Position numbers and translations under genes: made by a program | Source of the DNA: a virus | Lineage: Duplodnaviria; Caudoviricetes | IMG/VR virus record: IMGVR_UViG_3300017911_001697 | Coordinates: 9,918 to 73,917 of that record | Length of the DNA: 64,000 nt | Reading direction: 5' to 3' (one strand) | The notes under the pieces: generated by a model | Told to the model about the DNA's origin: nothing | The model's database searches: none | What the model saw: only the letters and a program-made list of their open reading frames with translations | Part shown: positions 1-14,000 of the stretch, one piece after another | Position numbering within the stretch: the first letter of the stretch is position 1 | Layout of the letters: every line of letters begins with the position of its first letter

Positions 1-1391
1 AATGTATCTGCTGTTACTGTACCACTAAATGAACCAGTTGTACCACTGAATGTAGTTGTTGTTAGTGTTCCTGATGATGGATTATAAGTGTATGCAGAAT
101 CTGTTCTAACTTGTTCATTACCTGATGCAGCATCAGTGAACAGTGGGTAGTGTGTTGCATTAGTTGTGTTAGTTGGCACTAATGTCACCAATGATGCAGT
201 AGCATCAGATGCTCTAGTATCAACGTATGTTTTATTGGCAATGTCGTTGCCACTTGAAGGTGCATCTGAAATAGTACCACTTGTTAATGTTACATCAGTG
301 ATGTCTGCACTTTCTAAGTTTAATATTTCATTGATGCCATCAAAATCTAAGTTGCCTGAAACTGATAGATCATGCACATAAATTTCATTGATTTCATTTG
401 ATGATGTTCCAAAATTAACAGTGCCTACTATACCAACAGTTTGTGGAGTAGTAGGGTTACCAATTTGAATTTGATCAACATGCAAGTCACCAAATCTGTT
501 AGTTGCATTACCTAACGCATAGTTACCACTGACAGTACCGCTTGGTGTCCAGTTTGTTGAACCTACATGAATGATGTCTGCTGCAGGAATAGTTGCACCA
601 GTGTAAATTGCATTTGCTTTGTCTGCCCATTCACTTGTGCCTGACTGTGCCACAGTTGATTCTGTGTAGTCGGCTCTTAAATTCATACCTTTTGTAAATG
701 TTGCACCAAAACTGTTTGAGTCAGACAATGTGCTATAATAAGGATCACTTGCTGCAAGTGTAAATGCTCTGTCAGAGAACACTGCCATCACTGTAGCGTT
801 TGCACTATCGTGTGCATCATCTGCTAATTCGCCTTCATAGCCACTTGCGGCGTCACTTACATATTTAAGTGCTACAACTGGAATAATTTTAGCAGTAGAA
901 TCTGTGCTCTCTAAGAACAATGTCTCAACTTTTGCACCGTAATTGTTTGCACTACCTGATGCTGCTACGTTACCTGCATAAGCAGAAGTGACTGTACCAC
1001 CTGGTAAAACTGCATCTCTAAAAGTACTGCCGTCATAAACTTTTAATTTATCTTCAACGTTATTAAAGTATTGTGTACCTGAAACAACATTGCTTGTTAT
1101 TTCTGTTGCTGATACAGGAACTGTTGATGTTCTTGCCCAGGTGCTGCCATTATAAACACGCAATGTGTTTTCACTTTTGTTATACCAGAGTTGACCTGTT
1201 AACAAATAAGTAGGACTTGGTGGTACGTTACTTGCAAAATTTTCTAAGTGTCTTACAGTATTAGTTACAATACTTTGACCATAGTTAGTGGCGTTTCTAC
1301 CAATAACAGTAAGCGACAACGAACTGCTGTCTTTTGACTCATCTGCTACGCTGATTGTAACGCCATCGTTAGTTGTTACTGAATACGCCAT
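1..1391 (-). CDS. Tail fibre/appendage-type structural protein (C-terminus runs off the window; absent from the ORF track)
   Basis: My translation from ATG 1391 (GAGGA upstream): MAYSVTTNDG...GRNATNYGQSIVTNTVRHLENFA...GQLWYNKSENTLRVYNGSTW. This N-terminal motif is typical of fibre-like proteins of large myophages; Thr/Ser/Gly-rich downstream. Confidence 0.75.
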   Translation of the reverse strand, partial: MAYSVTTNDGVTISVADESKDSSSLSLTVIGRNATNYGQSIVTNTVRHLENFASNVPPSPTYLLTGQLWYNKSENTLRVYNGSTWARTSTVPVSATEITSNVVSGTQYFNNVEDKLKVYDGSTFRDAVLPGGTVTSAYAGNVAASGSANNYGAKVETLFLESTDSTAKIIPVVALKYVSDAASGYEGELADDAHDSANATVMAVFSDRAFTLAASDPYYSTLSDSNSFGATFTKGMNLRADYTESTVAQSGTSEWADKANAIYTGATIPAADIIHVGSTNWTPSGTVSGNYALGNATNRFGDLHVDQIQIGNPTTPQTVGIVGTVNFGTSSNEINEIYVHDLSVSGNLDFDGINEILNLESADITDVTLTSGTISDAPSSGNDIANKTYVDTRASDATASLVTLVPTNTTNATHYPLFTDAASGNEQVRTDSAYTYNPSSGTLTTTTFSGTTGSFSGTVTADT

Positions 1392-1404
1392 TTCTTATTC
1401 CTCA

Positions 1405-2037
1405 TTAACTCAATTGAACCCTAATTGTATAAATTATTTCTATCACCCTGTTTTGGCTTTTTTGTACTGGGTGAAATATAACGTGTGTTAACATTTCTGA
1501 ATCATTAAAATCAGTTGCATTTGTAAACACGCCTAATTCATCAAAAATATAATCCCCTGTATTTGTTGTACTGCTATCAAAAACATCTTGGTCACTGGGT
1601 TCACTGTATCCTAAAGTAACTGTCATTTTAATATCAGTATAAGAAGCACCTGTAACAATTTCAATTTTGTTGTCCTCATCTGCCTGAGAACCTTGTATAT
1701 CTTTATGATATGTCTTGTTATACAGTGAAGCCGAGGCTTCATATGCTTCGCTAACTCGTGGAGAACGATACAAAACTTTACCACCACTGCTGTCAATAGA
1801 GGTACCGCCGTTTCCAAAAGCAATAAAATTAATATACGAATCAGCGGTGTTATTCAGTGCTTGTGCAACAATTCTTGCCATGTTGCCGTAATGAATAGCA
1901 TTTCTTTTGTTGATTATTTCTTCTTTGGTTTCCTTATCACGGATAACAATGTGTCCGCTCATGTTTAAACCTGCATTATCAACTGTGCCTTCGTTCATTT
2001 CTGCTTTCTTCTCGTCTTTTTGTTGTTCGTTCTGCAT
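1405..2037 (-). CDS. Baseplate/fibre-attachment-associated structural protein (210 aa)
   Basis: Lies between the giant wedge gene and a fibre gene; contains IAFGNGG and FDELG motifs and a terminal HPVQKSQNRVIEIIYTIRVQ strand. Confidence 0.55.
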   Translation of the reverse strand: MQNEQQKDEKKAEMNEGTVDNAGLNMSGHIVIRDKETKEEIINKRNAIHYGNMARIVAQALNNTADSYINFIAFGNGGTSIDSSGGKVLYRSPRVSEAYEASASLYNKTYHKDIQGSQADEDNKIEIVTGASYTDIKMTVTLGYSEPSDQDVFDSSTTNTGDYIFDELGVFTNATDFNDSEMLTHVIFHPVQKSQNRVIEIIYTIRVQLS

Positions 2038-2043
2038 TGTACT

Positions 2044-2051
2044 TATTTATC
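2044..2051 (-). promoter_or_regulatory. Late promoter GATAAATA, 6 nt before the ATG
   Basis: Matches the motif recurring before late genes (T4 late consensus is TATAAATA). Confidence 0.6.
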
Positions 2052-2071
2052 ACTTTTCATTAAAGTATAAT

Positions 2072-5000
2072 TTAAATGCTGTCCCACCCGATGCTATCCC
2101 ATGCAACACTGTCGAAACCAATACTTGATACTAGATCGCCATGCAAGAATGCACCAATTGTGGTAACTGTGCTTCTGTTTGTTTTGTCTGTTAAACTTAA
2201 TGTTGTGCCGTCTGATTTTAACCAAACTGCTGTGTCTGGATCTCTGTCTTCATATCCTGCTGACCCACCTTTGTTTTCAGGTTGATTGAATATGTCTTTG
2301 CGTCCTGCACCAACTACTGTAACACCTGTGTTGTGTCCTAAATAAGTATTACCTTGTGTTGCTACATTGCCTGTGTATTCAAACACAGGACCATTTGGTA
2401 TTGTAGTACCTCTGGTACCTCTGACTACACCTTTCAGTGTATTGCCTGAAATTCTGTTGTATTCTATTCTTTCACTGCCATCAATCCATGCAGCTCCCGG
2501 TATGCCAGGTTGCGGAGTAGGCAATTTGCTTGCATCAACAACTTCGATTTCTGTGTCCCATGCATTTACAAAACTAGCAGTTGTAGTCGAAGTAGAACCA
2601 TCTGCTAAAATTCTCAGATATTCTGTTGCACCATACAAGTCTTGATGAACTAAGTATTCTACTGCTACTGCACTGACACCACTTGTTATAGAAACTGTAC
2701 CAGCATTGTTTACAACATTTGCATCGACCCCAGACAAAGGAATAGTAAATGTTGTTGCTGTAACATTTGAAATAGTGTATGAACCTTCTATAATAGTATT
2801 ACCAACATCACTTAGTGTAACTGTGTCACCATTATCTAGTAGTGGTGATGCTAACGTACTACTGATAGTCACTGTACCACTTACACTGTTAGACACACTG
2901 TCAGCGTCATAAGGTCCAACACTAATTGAATCTACAATATTGTTGTTTGCATCAAATGCATTTGGTGATGTTTTAACACTCATCACTAAATTTTCTAATG
3001 GGCTGAGATATACAAGTTCTTCAGGTCGTTCTTCGCCATACAATAAATGATTAAATGACCAACCGTCAAATCCATCGTATGTTACACCTGCTTCTCTGTA
3101 AGTACTGTTGCCACTGAATATGCCTTCGAAGTTATCTACTGAAACAAAATCGTCCCACATATCACCGAAGCCTTCTGGTGCATCAAATGGAGTAGTATCG
3201 TAGCCATATGCTGTTTGTAGTTCTAATGAATCTCTGCCTTGTACAACACGAGTGAACACATTTGCATCAAGTTCTTCACCTTGCCATGTGCCACCTACTT
3301 TCTCTTTGACTAGCAGTAGTGTACCGTTTAAAGCACCTGCAGCAACTGCTGTACGCATCTGTGTGCTGTTTTCTACTATACTGGTATTACTACTAGAGCC
3401 TTCGCCGAAGTAATCATTAATTTCTTTGTCAAACACAGTTCTAACTTGCGGATCAAACTTGAATATTCTTGCACTAGCACTGTATGTATTTGACGCAACA
3501 TTAGCAATAGTATCGTTGTTTGCAGAATTAATGTTAGCAATATTATCCGCAATACTCACAGAGTATGACGTAGACGCAGCATTAAAGTCTGATTCTAGTA
3601 GTCTCCAGTCAGTTCTGTCAAATATCAAACTAATATTACCTGTTCTCACAGGAACATTTGCAGTGTCCCACTGTGTTTGTGTTCCGCTATATCCTGAATA
3701 TGCTTTAGTGTAATCAGAGTTCTTAGACATGATTTCTCTGTCTGGAGCAAAACCAAAGTCCATGGTTCTAACTTCACCTAAACTGCTGTCTGCATAAGGT
3801 GGTAAGTCATAGTCACTGACCATTTGTTCGTTTATATATTCGATAGGTGCACGTTTACCATCTTTGTATTCTCTGATTTTTGCAGTAAAAGGCTTGACTT
3901 CGTTGAAGTATTCAACTACACTGTCAAAGTTGTCTGGCTTGTAACCCACACGTTGTACTAAGTCTTCCTCTTCTTTTTCAACATACACATACGATGTTTT
4001 AAATGCCCAGTCAAGTTCTCTTTGTTCACCTAGTGCATAATTCATCAGTTCAAAGAATACTTTGTTGAAGTTTTCTGTGCCGAGGAATATGTTGTCTTTG
4101 AGCACATACAAAAACTCTCTGAGCTCTGACTGCATGGTGCTGTCTATGTCTTGAGTATAAATTTTATTAGACAGTTTTACAGTTTCATTTTGAATTGCAA
4201 TCTGTACAAAGCCTTCTTCTCTACAACAGTATCTCCACAATTGATACCTATCACTTTGAGATGCACGAACCATAACCACTGTGCCATCTGCAACATTTGC
4301 TAAAGAATCAAGTTGTTTAACACTTGAAACAGTGAATGCAGCTTTGAAAGTTTTATCGTATCTAATTTTTTCATTGGTTACTTGATCTGTACGTTGTACT
4401 GCATACCAGTTAACAGTATCAATATATTTCATGCTAGACATACTGTTCTGCCATGTTGTATTCAGTGTGTTCAACTTCAAGTCTGCTAATAATTCGTTAA
4501 CAATGTAATGCAATGCACGTCTTGCTTCTTTTGCATCTTTAAACATTGTTTGACGTGGTCTAAACTTAATACCGTAACGCTCAACCTCACTGAGATTTGA
4601 TGCTGGAACAGCATTGCCTTCTGAATCAATCTCTGTTAAACTGTCAATGAGTTTGTTTGCTAAATCTTCAGGAACATCACTGTTATTGTCTCCTTCACGC
4701 ATCAACTTCCACGATGCATGCTTTAGCCCAATTGGATTTAAGTTCCTGCTAAGGTTAATTTGTATGTTTTGCTCATCTTCACGTAAAGTCTTTGTTAGAT
4801 TACTCATAACAAAACTTGCAATATTTTTAGATGTTTGGGTTCCTGCACTTATAAAGCTCACAGTGTTAATACCTTGACCAATTGGGTCTGCAAGATATTT
4901 TGCTATATCAAACGTGCTGAACTTGCGACCTGCTTGTGTAGCAGCCAAAGTACTAATTTCTCGAACATTCTGTACCCAATAGTAATAATATGTCTCATAT

Positions 5001-8000
5001 TGTCCTGTTGAAGGATCAATGTTTCTTTCTACTATAAACTCGCTGGCATTTTTAGGTGTACCTGTTCCTGAATATTCAAATGGTTGCTGTTTACTTTCAA
5101 CCCATTCGTACACAGTAATACCACTACCCGGGAATGTACTACCCCAATTCAGCCAACGCTCTTTGTTTGTGCCCTGCTCGTACCAGTTGTATCTAACTGT
5201 GCTGGTGTTCCACCATACTTGCCCAACTTGCTCTTTGCCAAACACAGCACGGCGTCTAGTGTACACCACTGGGTCATGTTCGCCGAAATAATCAATTTCA
5301 GCATCAACAAATGCTGGGAAAATGCCTTTGAAAGGATCCCACATGTTGTAATCAAAATCTTTTTCGCCTGTGGTACTATCGTATAAAATAGTGTTCTTGA
5401 TATACTTAGGATCGACTAAATCTATCTGTGAACGTTTTAAATTACCATTTTCATAGTACTTCCATTTGCCATCAACGTCATCAATCCAAACTTGTTCAAA
5501 TTCTTCCTTGGTTGCAGGAATGCTTGCATCTGGGAACGCTGTACTAGAAGAAGCAATATCTTCTTCTTTATGATACCGCTGACTTTCAAGATACAATACT
5601 CTACAATCTGTTGAGCTTATGCTGGTGTTAACTGGTTCGCCATTTAGATTACGCAATTCGTATTGGAATAAGTCACCAACGTATGTGACGTTAGCATTGC
5701 CTAAAATACTAGAGTCGTCGCTCTTAAATCCATTGTTGTCTACTCCGTACAGCACAAGAACTTCTTCAGGTAATTCGTAACCAGTCTCATCAGAACCATA
5801 TTCACTGTCTTGCCCTAAAGTACCCGGTGTACCAGGGATAAACGGTGTTTCACTTCTGCCGAAATTATCGTCTGTGCCGTCAATGAGATCTATTACACCA
5901 TCAGTGTCTAAATTCTTATCGTTAGTCGGTGTGCCGTCTACAGCAGACATTGGTGTTTGATCTGGATTGTAATCTCCGGGTGGTACACCCAACTTGTCCA
6001 GGAATCCGGGCGTTAATTCATCGAATTTTACACCGTCATAGGAAGGTGCATTCAGAATTAATTCGTCCAAATCTTCGTTGATTGGCTGCACATCAAAATT
6101 AATGTCAGTTGGATCGTAGCCAGCATTTTGCAAGGCATTGTTCAAAGCATCGGCTAAATGCTGAACAGTTGGCACTTCGATAACTTGATCTGGTATGCCT
6201 AACTTGTTTCTAACATCGCCTCTTTCAGAACAATCAGGTATTTCTCTGGCTGTTAAGAATATTCTTGCACCAAAGCCTGCACTTCCGTGTCCGCTTAGTG
6301 TTCCGTACTTGCCTACAATTGGATCCCAATTACCAGGACTACCAAGTCGTTCGTATGTGACTGGATGATATTGTCCTAATCCTGAACTAAACTTAGGTGG
6401 CATTTCGCCGGCGTGCTCATCGCCTAAGTTGATTCCATCATACTCTAGTGGTACACCTGTTGCTAAATCTGCTGGGAATTCTTTATAAATTCCTCTGTCA
6501 ATGACTTTTAAACTCTGAATAGTGCCTTCCGGATCCACTGCTGTGACTACAAACTTGGCAGGTCGTTCAGGCATACCGGCAGTTTCAACCATGTTACCGC
6601 TAGGCGACATTGTTTCTGTTTTGATTATGGGTCTAACTTTACATGGTATTTTGGCATACGCAACACCAGTATCTGGATGAGTATACCCTGGCCCGCTGTC
6701 TATAATTCGTACTTTAGGTGGCTTTGCAGGATCATAACCTCTGCCTGATCTCAATATTGGGATACTCTTGATTCGACCTAGTATATCTATTTCGGGCTTG
6801 CCTGCTTCACATTCTGAACCTGGAGTAGTGCCGTCACCAATAAAAACATGCACATTAGCGGCATCTGAATAGTACATACCTTCAATTTCGATACACAGTT
6901 CAGTGATAGAACCAAACGGCGATGATACAGGAGTACCACCAACAACTCTCAATCTATCACCAACTCGATAACCTTTACCACCGGTGTGATTAACACTTGC
7001 TCGGATTTCCGGCACTCTGTCTTGTCCAACCATCTGTGACGCTGTTTGAGTGTTAGCAGCCGTGGTTGAATTTCCATTGGTTGTAGTAGTTGTGTTAACG
7101 CTTGCTGTGGTTAATCCTGCAACGTGAGTACCTGTTGTAGTCGAAGTTGACTGAGTAGTTACTTCGTTGGGCAACTGATTGCTCACAGTGTATGTGTTGC
7201 CGTTGATGGCATATTGGTCCTGTGTAGAATCTGTTAATGAGAAGTTTTTCACAATGTGGAAGTCTAATACTTCTTTGTATGTGCCGCCTCTACAACCATC
7301 GCGGAATGTTAAAGGAACTGATCCACATGCACTAATAGTTACAGCGTTTTGATTACCGCTGTAACTAGGTATTGCTGTATAACCGAATCCACCTGAACAT
7401 TCAAACTCTTTGAGGGTTGCTGCAGGTGTGCCTTTGATTGTGATAGTCTGTGTGTTAACAATTACTTGATCACCAGGTGTTAAGCCTATCATATCATTTT
7501 CTGTTAATGTTATACTTGGCGTAGGCCTATAGATTGGTGCTACAGCAGTTGGCCCGGCCGGTTCGTAAACGTAGCCGCCGCCTGCTGGTCTCTTTCTTGT
7601 AGGAGTCACTGTCATTAAAGGCACTTCAGTGTACTGAATGTCTGGATCTAGTGGAGCATCCTCACTCGGTATAGTCTCTGAAGGGGTTAATGTATCAGAA
7701 AACTGTGTGGTTAATCCTCTTAATGTAGTACTGTCGTATACTAATCCGCCTGGTATAATAGTAGGATCACCTGCTGGAATAGTTGTAAATGTTACCACAG
7801 AACTGTCACTGCCATCACCTGACCCATCTGTGCCAGGGATAAATGTTGAAGATCTTGTACGCAACACATTGTCTGTGCCCGTGCTTCCATCAAAACCTGG
7901 TACGCTGATAGTTTGTATATCATAATTACTGCTTGCAATCTTTAACAGTTTTTCATCTATTAAATCATTACCCCAGAAACTGGAATTACCAAACTTGTCA

Positions 8001-11000
8001 GAACCTGGATACAGTGCAATGTCAACACCTTTAATTGCTCTTCTTGCAATAGGTATTGGTGGAGCAATAGGTGCAGCCAATGGTATTACTCGGCCTCCAC
8101 TTGCACGTTGTTGTGTAACATTCACATATCTGTTATCGCCTAACGGCTGAAGCCTACCAACATTTTGAGGATTAACAGTTTTGACTGTCTTTTTAAATAT
8201 GCTTGGCATGTGTGTGAAACCTGCCATTGGTGCTAAACTGAATCCGCCAAAGTTATGCGAGTAGTTTAGGCCTGCAACGTTAAAGCGGAATGAGCCACCG
8301 CCGCCTGCGTATGGACCAGTCGGCAAAATTGGACTAGCAACTTTCAACTTAGTAGTTGGAAGACCAGTTGGGTTAATAATTGGCGTTGTTGCCACGCTAC
8401 TGGTATTAGGATTAGTTGTACCGTTAGAAACACCAGTGTTTAATTGTCCCGGGTTAGGGTTACTTTGTGCAGTACCTATAGCTCTGCCAGTGTCAGTCAG
8501 AGTAGGATAGCAGATCATGTATCTGTACACACTGCTTCTCTTGTCAACTTCCACAACAAGATTTCTGCCTTTGGTGTGATCAAAATTAAATTCTAATACT
8601 CCACAATACTTAATACCTCCTGGTACACCGTTATCACGTATATAATCTTTTGGAAACTGATTGGGGTTTACATTTCCAGGGAGATTCCAGTTTATATTTG
8701 GATATATATTTGTATTTGTGGTTGTGATTGGATTCAATCCTCTGCTGTCAAATAAATCTTGCTTTTCTTGGGCTGTGGCATTCCTCAAGAGTCCGCCAGT
8801 CCATGCAACTCGTTGCTTGCCAGCAATATTAGTGCCGCTGTACTGATAAACACTCAGTGAGTCTGTTGCTGCATCCATGTCGATGATCAATTTGATTGCG
8901 CCGTCAACTGCATCTATCTGGTAATACCATGCATCGTCAACTCCATTAGTTGTTGTGGACTGCTCCTGGTATTCGCATTTTTCATACACTGTGACCGTTG
9001 GTGGTGGCACATAAGGTTGTTGGCCAACTTCAATAACGACTAATACGTCAGTGTCGATGTTGCCTTCGGAATCTGCTATATCGTATGTGAACGTATCGCC
9101 GCCTTCATATCCTGTTTCAGGAATGTATGTAAATGATCCGTTTGATGCTAAATTAAATGTACCAGCATGATGCTCGGGCGGTCTATTCAGTGTTACAGTT
9201 AAAGAGTCACCTTCGGGATCACTGTCGTTGTCTAACACATTGCCAGTAAACTGTGTTTCGAAAGCAGTAAAATACTGATCTACAATGGCCTCTGGCGGTA
9301 AGTTTGGTGGAGGTGGTGGAGGTGGAATAACCAAAGTACCACAACCTTGTGTTGGCGGTGTATGTACCACATAAGGATTGACCACCACTGCACCAGTGTT
9401 GTTAGTTGCATAGCCTGATGGTGTTGGGAATGTCAGTGTTGGTATACCACTACCACTACCGGGAACTGGTTGCTGCACAGATTTGTTGTGAGATAATAGT
9501 TCTCCAACAATGTATGTGTGTGCATCAGTGACAGTGATAACAACAATATCGCCAGCAGCTTCGTCATCTTCTATGCTGACAACACTGTGTCCTTGCACAT
9601 CATCGCCTACTTTTAAATCTTGTACTTCTACCCAATTTTCATTTACTTTAAATTTGTGTGTTAATGAACCTATGAATTCAAACCCATCATCAAACGTGAC
9701 TTTTGTTCGTTGCTCCTGCTTGATCTCAACATACTCAACATCATACAAGCCAAACTCACCTGTGTGCTCGTGTGCAGTGAATACTTTGTCTCCTACTTGT
9801 AAGTTGCCCGCGGGTTTTGTTTTACCGTCTTGTGATATCTTAATTGGCATCTCTGGTGCGGGACAAGATGTAGTAACAGGAGGATTAGTTATAGTTTGAA
9901 TAGTGCCCAGCAAATTTAAAAATGTCTGACTAGCACCCGACGCTGTTGGTTTAACTGTGCCACCAAATGTGCTGTTGATAAATGTGTTATTGGTACCCAG
10001 CGATGATGCAGCAGTTTTGCCCCTGGTTCCTGGATTGGTAAAATTATTACCTGCTCCACTAGTTGCAGTGCTGTACCCGCCAACGCTTGTGCTAGGATTA
10101 AAATAACTAGTATTTAATTTGGTACTCATTGGTGTTACACTTGCACCTGAGCTTAATGTTCCTCGTTGTGCTTTTTGACTTATCTTTGACTGCCCAGTAC
10201 TGGTTTTATTGAATCCTTTTAACTGAGAGCCAGGAGAACCCACTGGCAAATTGCCTGTCTGCACTAGGTTTGTTGTTGATATTCCAGCAAAGTTGTTTAC
10301 ATAAGGAGATGATCCTCTGGTTTGTCCTAACATGCCTCCAGTGGCTGAGTTATGCAGTGGATTCTTGAGCATGGGTATACCCATTGTAAAACTACCGGGT
10401 GCTTTAATCCAACCACGTCTTAATGCAAAGCCTCTGTTCAATGCCTCGATCATACCATCTAAACTTGTAATGTTGTCTATTTTGATATTAGAATTGTTTA
10501 ATGATATAACATCATGATCCAATGTATTCATCACAGTGGTGTTTGCATCCATGTTGATAGTTTGATCATTAAATGGATATGCACCAGCAACAACAATAGT
10601 GTTTGCACTTGGAATTTTGTCTACTCTATAAACCCTGTTGTAGAATTTTTCCTTTGAATTATGAATAGCAATCTTTTTATTCTTGTAATCAATTTTGATT
10701 CCATGAGGTTCACTTGTTGTGATAGTGATATAAGGTGTTACAATATTGCCTGTTGTTGGCCCACTAGCAATATAAGGAGCCTGTATACAGAATGTGTTTG
10801 CACTTGCACTTTCTACTGGCCACTGTCCGCTATAAGGCCCTGCTACAATTTTAACTGTTTGTCCGCCGAGGAATCCGTGTCCGTCTGAGGTTATTTGTGT
10901 CCTATTAAAGAAACGCACAGTCATGTTTGCAGGCTCAACATTACCACTTAGTGTTTCATTAATGGTAAATGTGCTGTTTGCAATATCAATATTAGATGCT

Positions 11001-14000
11001 TGATATGTATTGCCAAATAGTATTTGTTCATCAGGTGTAATGTTTGATGTTGCAAACCCTACGGTTGTGTTTACATTCACACTTAGGTTATCAACTGTGG
11101 TATAAATCTTGACTGTGTTGTTGCTGATTCTTTCTGCAAATCCACTAGCAAAACCACTAATACCAGGATTGATATCTGTAATTGCTTTGACTGTTCTAGG
11201 GCCAATTGACGAAACATACTTTTCAGTCATTGCCACAGGAGTAATATTGCTCAGCCTAACCGACTTGTTGTTTACAACTTCTTCATTTACCCAGACAACA
11301 AATTTATCACTGGTATCCACGTCTTTGATTGCAATATGGTAATCTAAGAATCTTCCTAAGTCTATGTTGCCAATCTGATTGCTGTCAGTATAATTAAACA
11401 GTGACACATTGCTATACAAGTATGCTGTTTCGTCATCTCCTTCACGCTCAACAAAACTGATGTCTGTGTTCGCTTCTTTGAATTTATACACATTCCAATG
11501 TCTGTTTTCGCTTATTGCAACATGGACTGTGCTGTTAGCATCTGGCTGTATCAACAAACTACTATTAAATAAATCGCCAATGCTAGGCACATCAAATGCA
11601 CTAAAGTCTACATTAGAACTGTTTACATAACCAGCATTAGGAATTTTTGTGAATCTGCTGTCATTTATACCTGTGTAATCAACATTAGCAGTGGTTGGCC
11701 ACAGGTTGTTTTCCCTAACGCCAATTGGCTTTTTGAGGAATCTCTCAGTGTCGTCAATGTCTATCAGTATCACATCATCGGTTTTAACATCTGGTGTGAT
11801 TTCATATATTCTTTTTGTTTTTGTGAGTATTGCAATATCATCGCTGGTGGTTGTTTTAATATTTAAACTAGCACCAGGAACATCACCAAAGTACGCATCT
11901 TCAAAGTCAATTGTAGGTGACTCCACAAGATAAATGTTTGCACCTGCTGCTAATCTATTGCCTGGTAATGTTTCAACATTGTGAATTGTTAACTGACTTG
12001 TGGTCAATGTATACCTGATATCTCCCACAGTATTAATTAATTCAACTCCATCCACAAACACATTAGCATGAGGATATGTAATATCGTTTTGTTTGACAAT
12101 GTTGTTGGCATCCAGTGTTTGCGATAGAGGAATGTTTACATTTCCTGAATTAACAAAATCATTGTCGAAGTCTATTGCACCACTTGTACTGATGTTAAAA
12201 TCAAACTGCTGTCTGGAGCCTGCATCGTAAATCCAATTGTTGCCGTTATCAGATGACACAGTTGAACCTGCTACTGTGACAATTATATCATCAACAGTGG
12301 TTGCTCCTGTCCCTAATGTTGGGTGATTGTCAACGGCAGAAATACTGTATCTCTGATGCGGCTGATATCTATTAGGAGTTAAGTTTAACGTTGACAGAGT
12401 TGCTCCATTTTCACTTAATGTGAAATCGTTACCTGAAATACTTAACACATGTTGCTGTATAACATTACCGCCTTCTAGCACATTACTTGTAATGCTTGAT
12501 GCAGTAATACTTGAATTGATTGTTGCATTACTGTTAATTGCTGTAACAACATTAGCCACACTGGTCACACTGCTTAAATCTAAACTAACACTTACATTAG
12601 AACCATTCACTGTACTTGTGATGTCTAACAAACTCAATGTGCCTGTTACATCTGCATCCGTAATTGCATCTGTGCTGACCGCTATAGGTTTATTAAATGT
12701 TGTACTAATATTTGAAATATTTAATTCTGCTGCAATAACCTGTAATCTAACTGGTTGTTTGTATCCTGAGCCTGCATTAGTTATGCTCACTGATTTTAAC
12801 ACACCGTTGGCTTCTAATTGTGCAACCGCGGTTGCTTGTTCTGCAGGTGTGCCAGTAGGCGCTGCTATTTCAATACGAGGTACTCTGTGATACTTGTGTT
12901 TGGCCTTTATAATTTTAACACGATCAAGCACACCTGTGGTATCTTCTGGGAACGCCAATGTGATCAACTGTGGATCATTTGTTATCTCACTCTTTTGTAA
13001 TTTTAACTCAATTGCTTGATCATTTTCTAAATCACCAAAGTCGCCTGCTTTAATAGCCCATTCATCGTATACAGTCATTTCGCCTTGTACAATGTTTGTG
13101 CTCTTTGCTATTCTGCTTAAACTTGCTACAGTTCCTTTATTCTGTAACATGCCTTTGTAGAATTCAAATTGATCATCATCTTCTACTTCAAGTACATTTA
13201 GATATTCTTTTTCTTGATACCCAAACAGACCCCTGGCTTGTTCGTATATTTGTTTTTCTACAGGTATAAAGCCTAGTTCGTGATAACGCCCTAAACTCTG
13301 TGCCATATTGTCTAAGTTAGGTTTTAGTTCGTCATTCTGAATGATAAAACCTTCGGTACTGAATAATCCGCTCCAATTTGCAGTACGTTTGCCTTTAACT
13401 TTTAATCTAGGCTGTGCATGGCCGTGCACAGGATCAAATAATACGTCATTGAAGTTGGTTACGTTGTCAAACACTAACGCATGTTCAATTTCTTTAGTAT
13501 ACAATATTGTGCTATAAATCTGTGAACCTTCTGGAGGAACAATTTCGATTGTGTTACCTTCTCTGACTATTTCACATAACTTAGGTTCAATTGCTTTTCC
13601 GTCTTGATCAATTAATGAAAATTGATTTTTATCTGTTCTATTAATAGCAGCTATCATTCCGGTGCTGCTATTGAATACTAATCTATTTGCACAAGGACTG
13701 AGCTCTAGTGTGTTGTTATTTTCCCAGCCCCCGGATACCCAGAACAAGAATTGGCGTACAACATAATTCCAATTTCTAACATCATTGATGCTTGAATCAA
13801 AATTACCAAAATCAAAACCAAGACTTTCTTGGTATGCTCCTAGGCCAACAATAACATCAACTACTTCCTGATAAGTTTTGTATTCTGTTTGATAATCAAT
13901 TCTGTCCACATAAGGTAAACTGTCCAAGAACAATGTTGCTTTGACACTGCCTGTTTGTGGTAAACTTGGCAGTCTATTCCATAAACTGGACATAAAAGTC

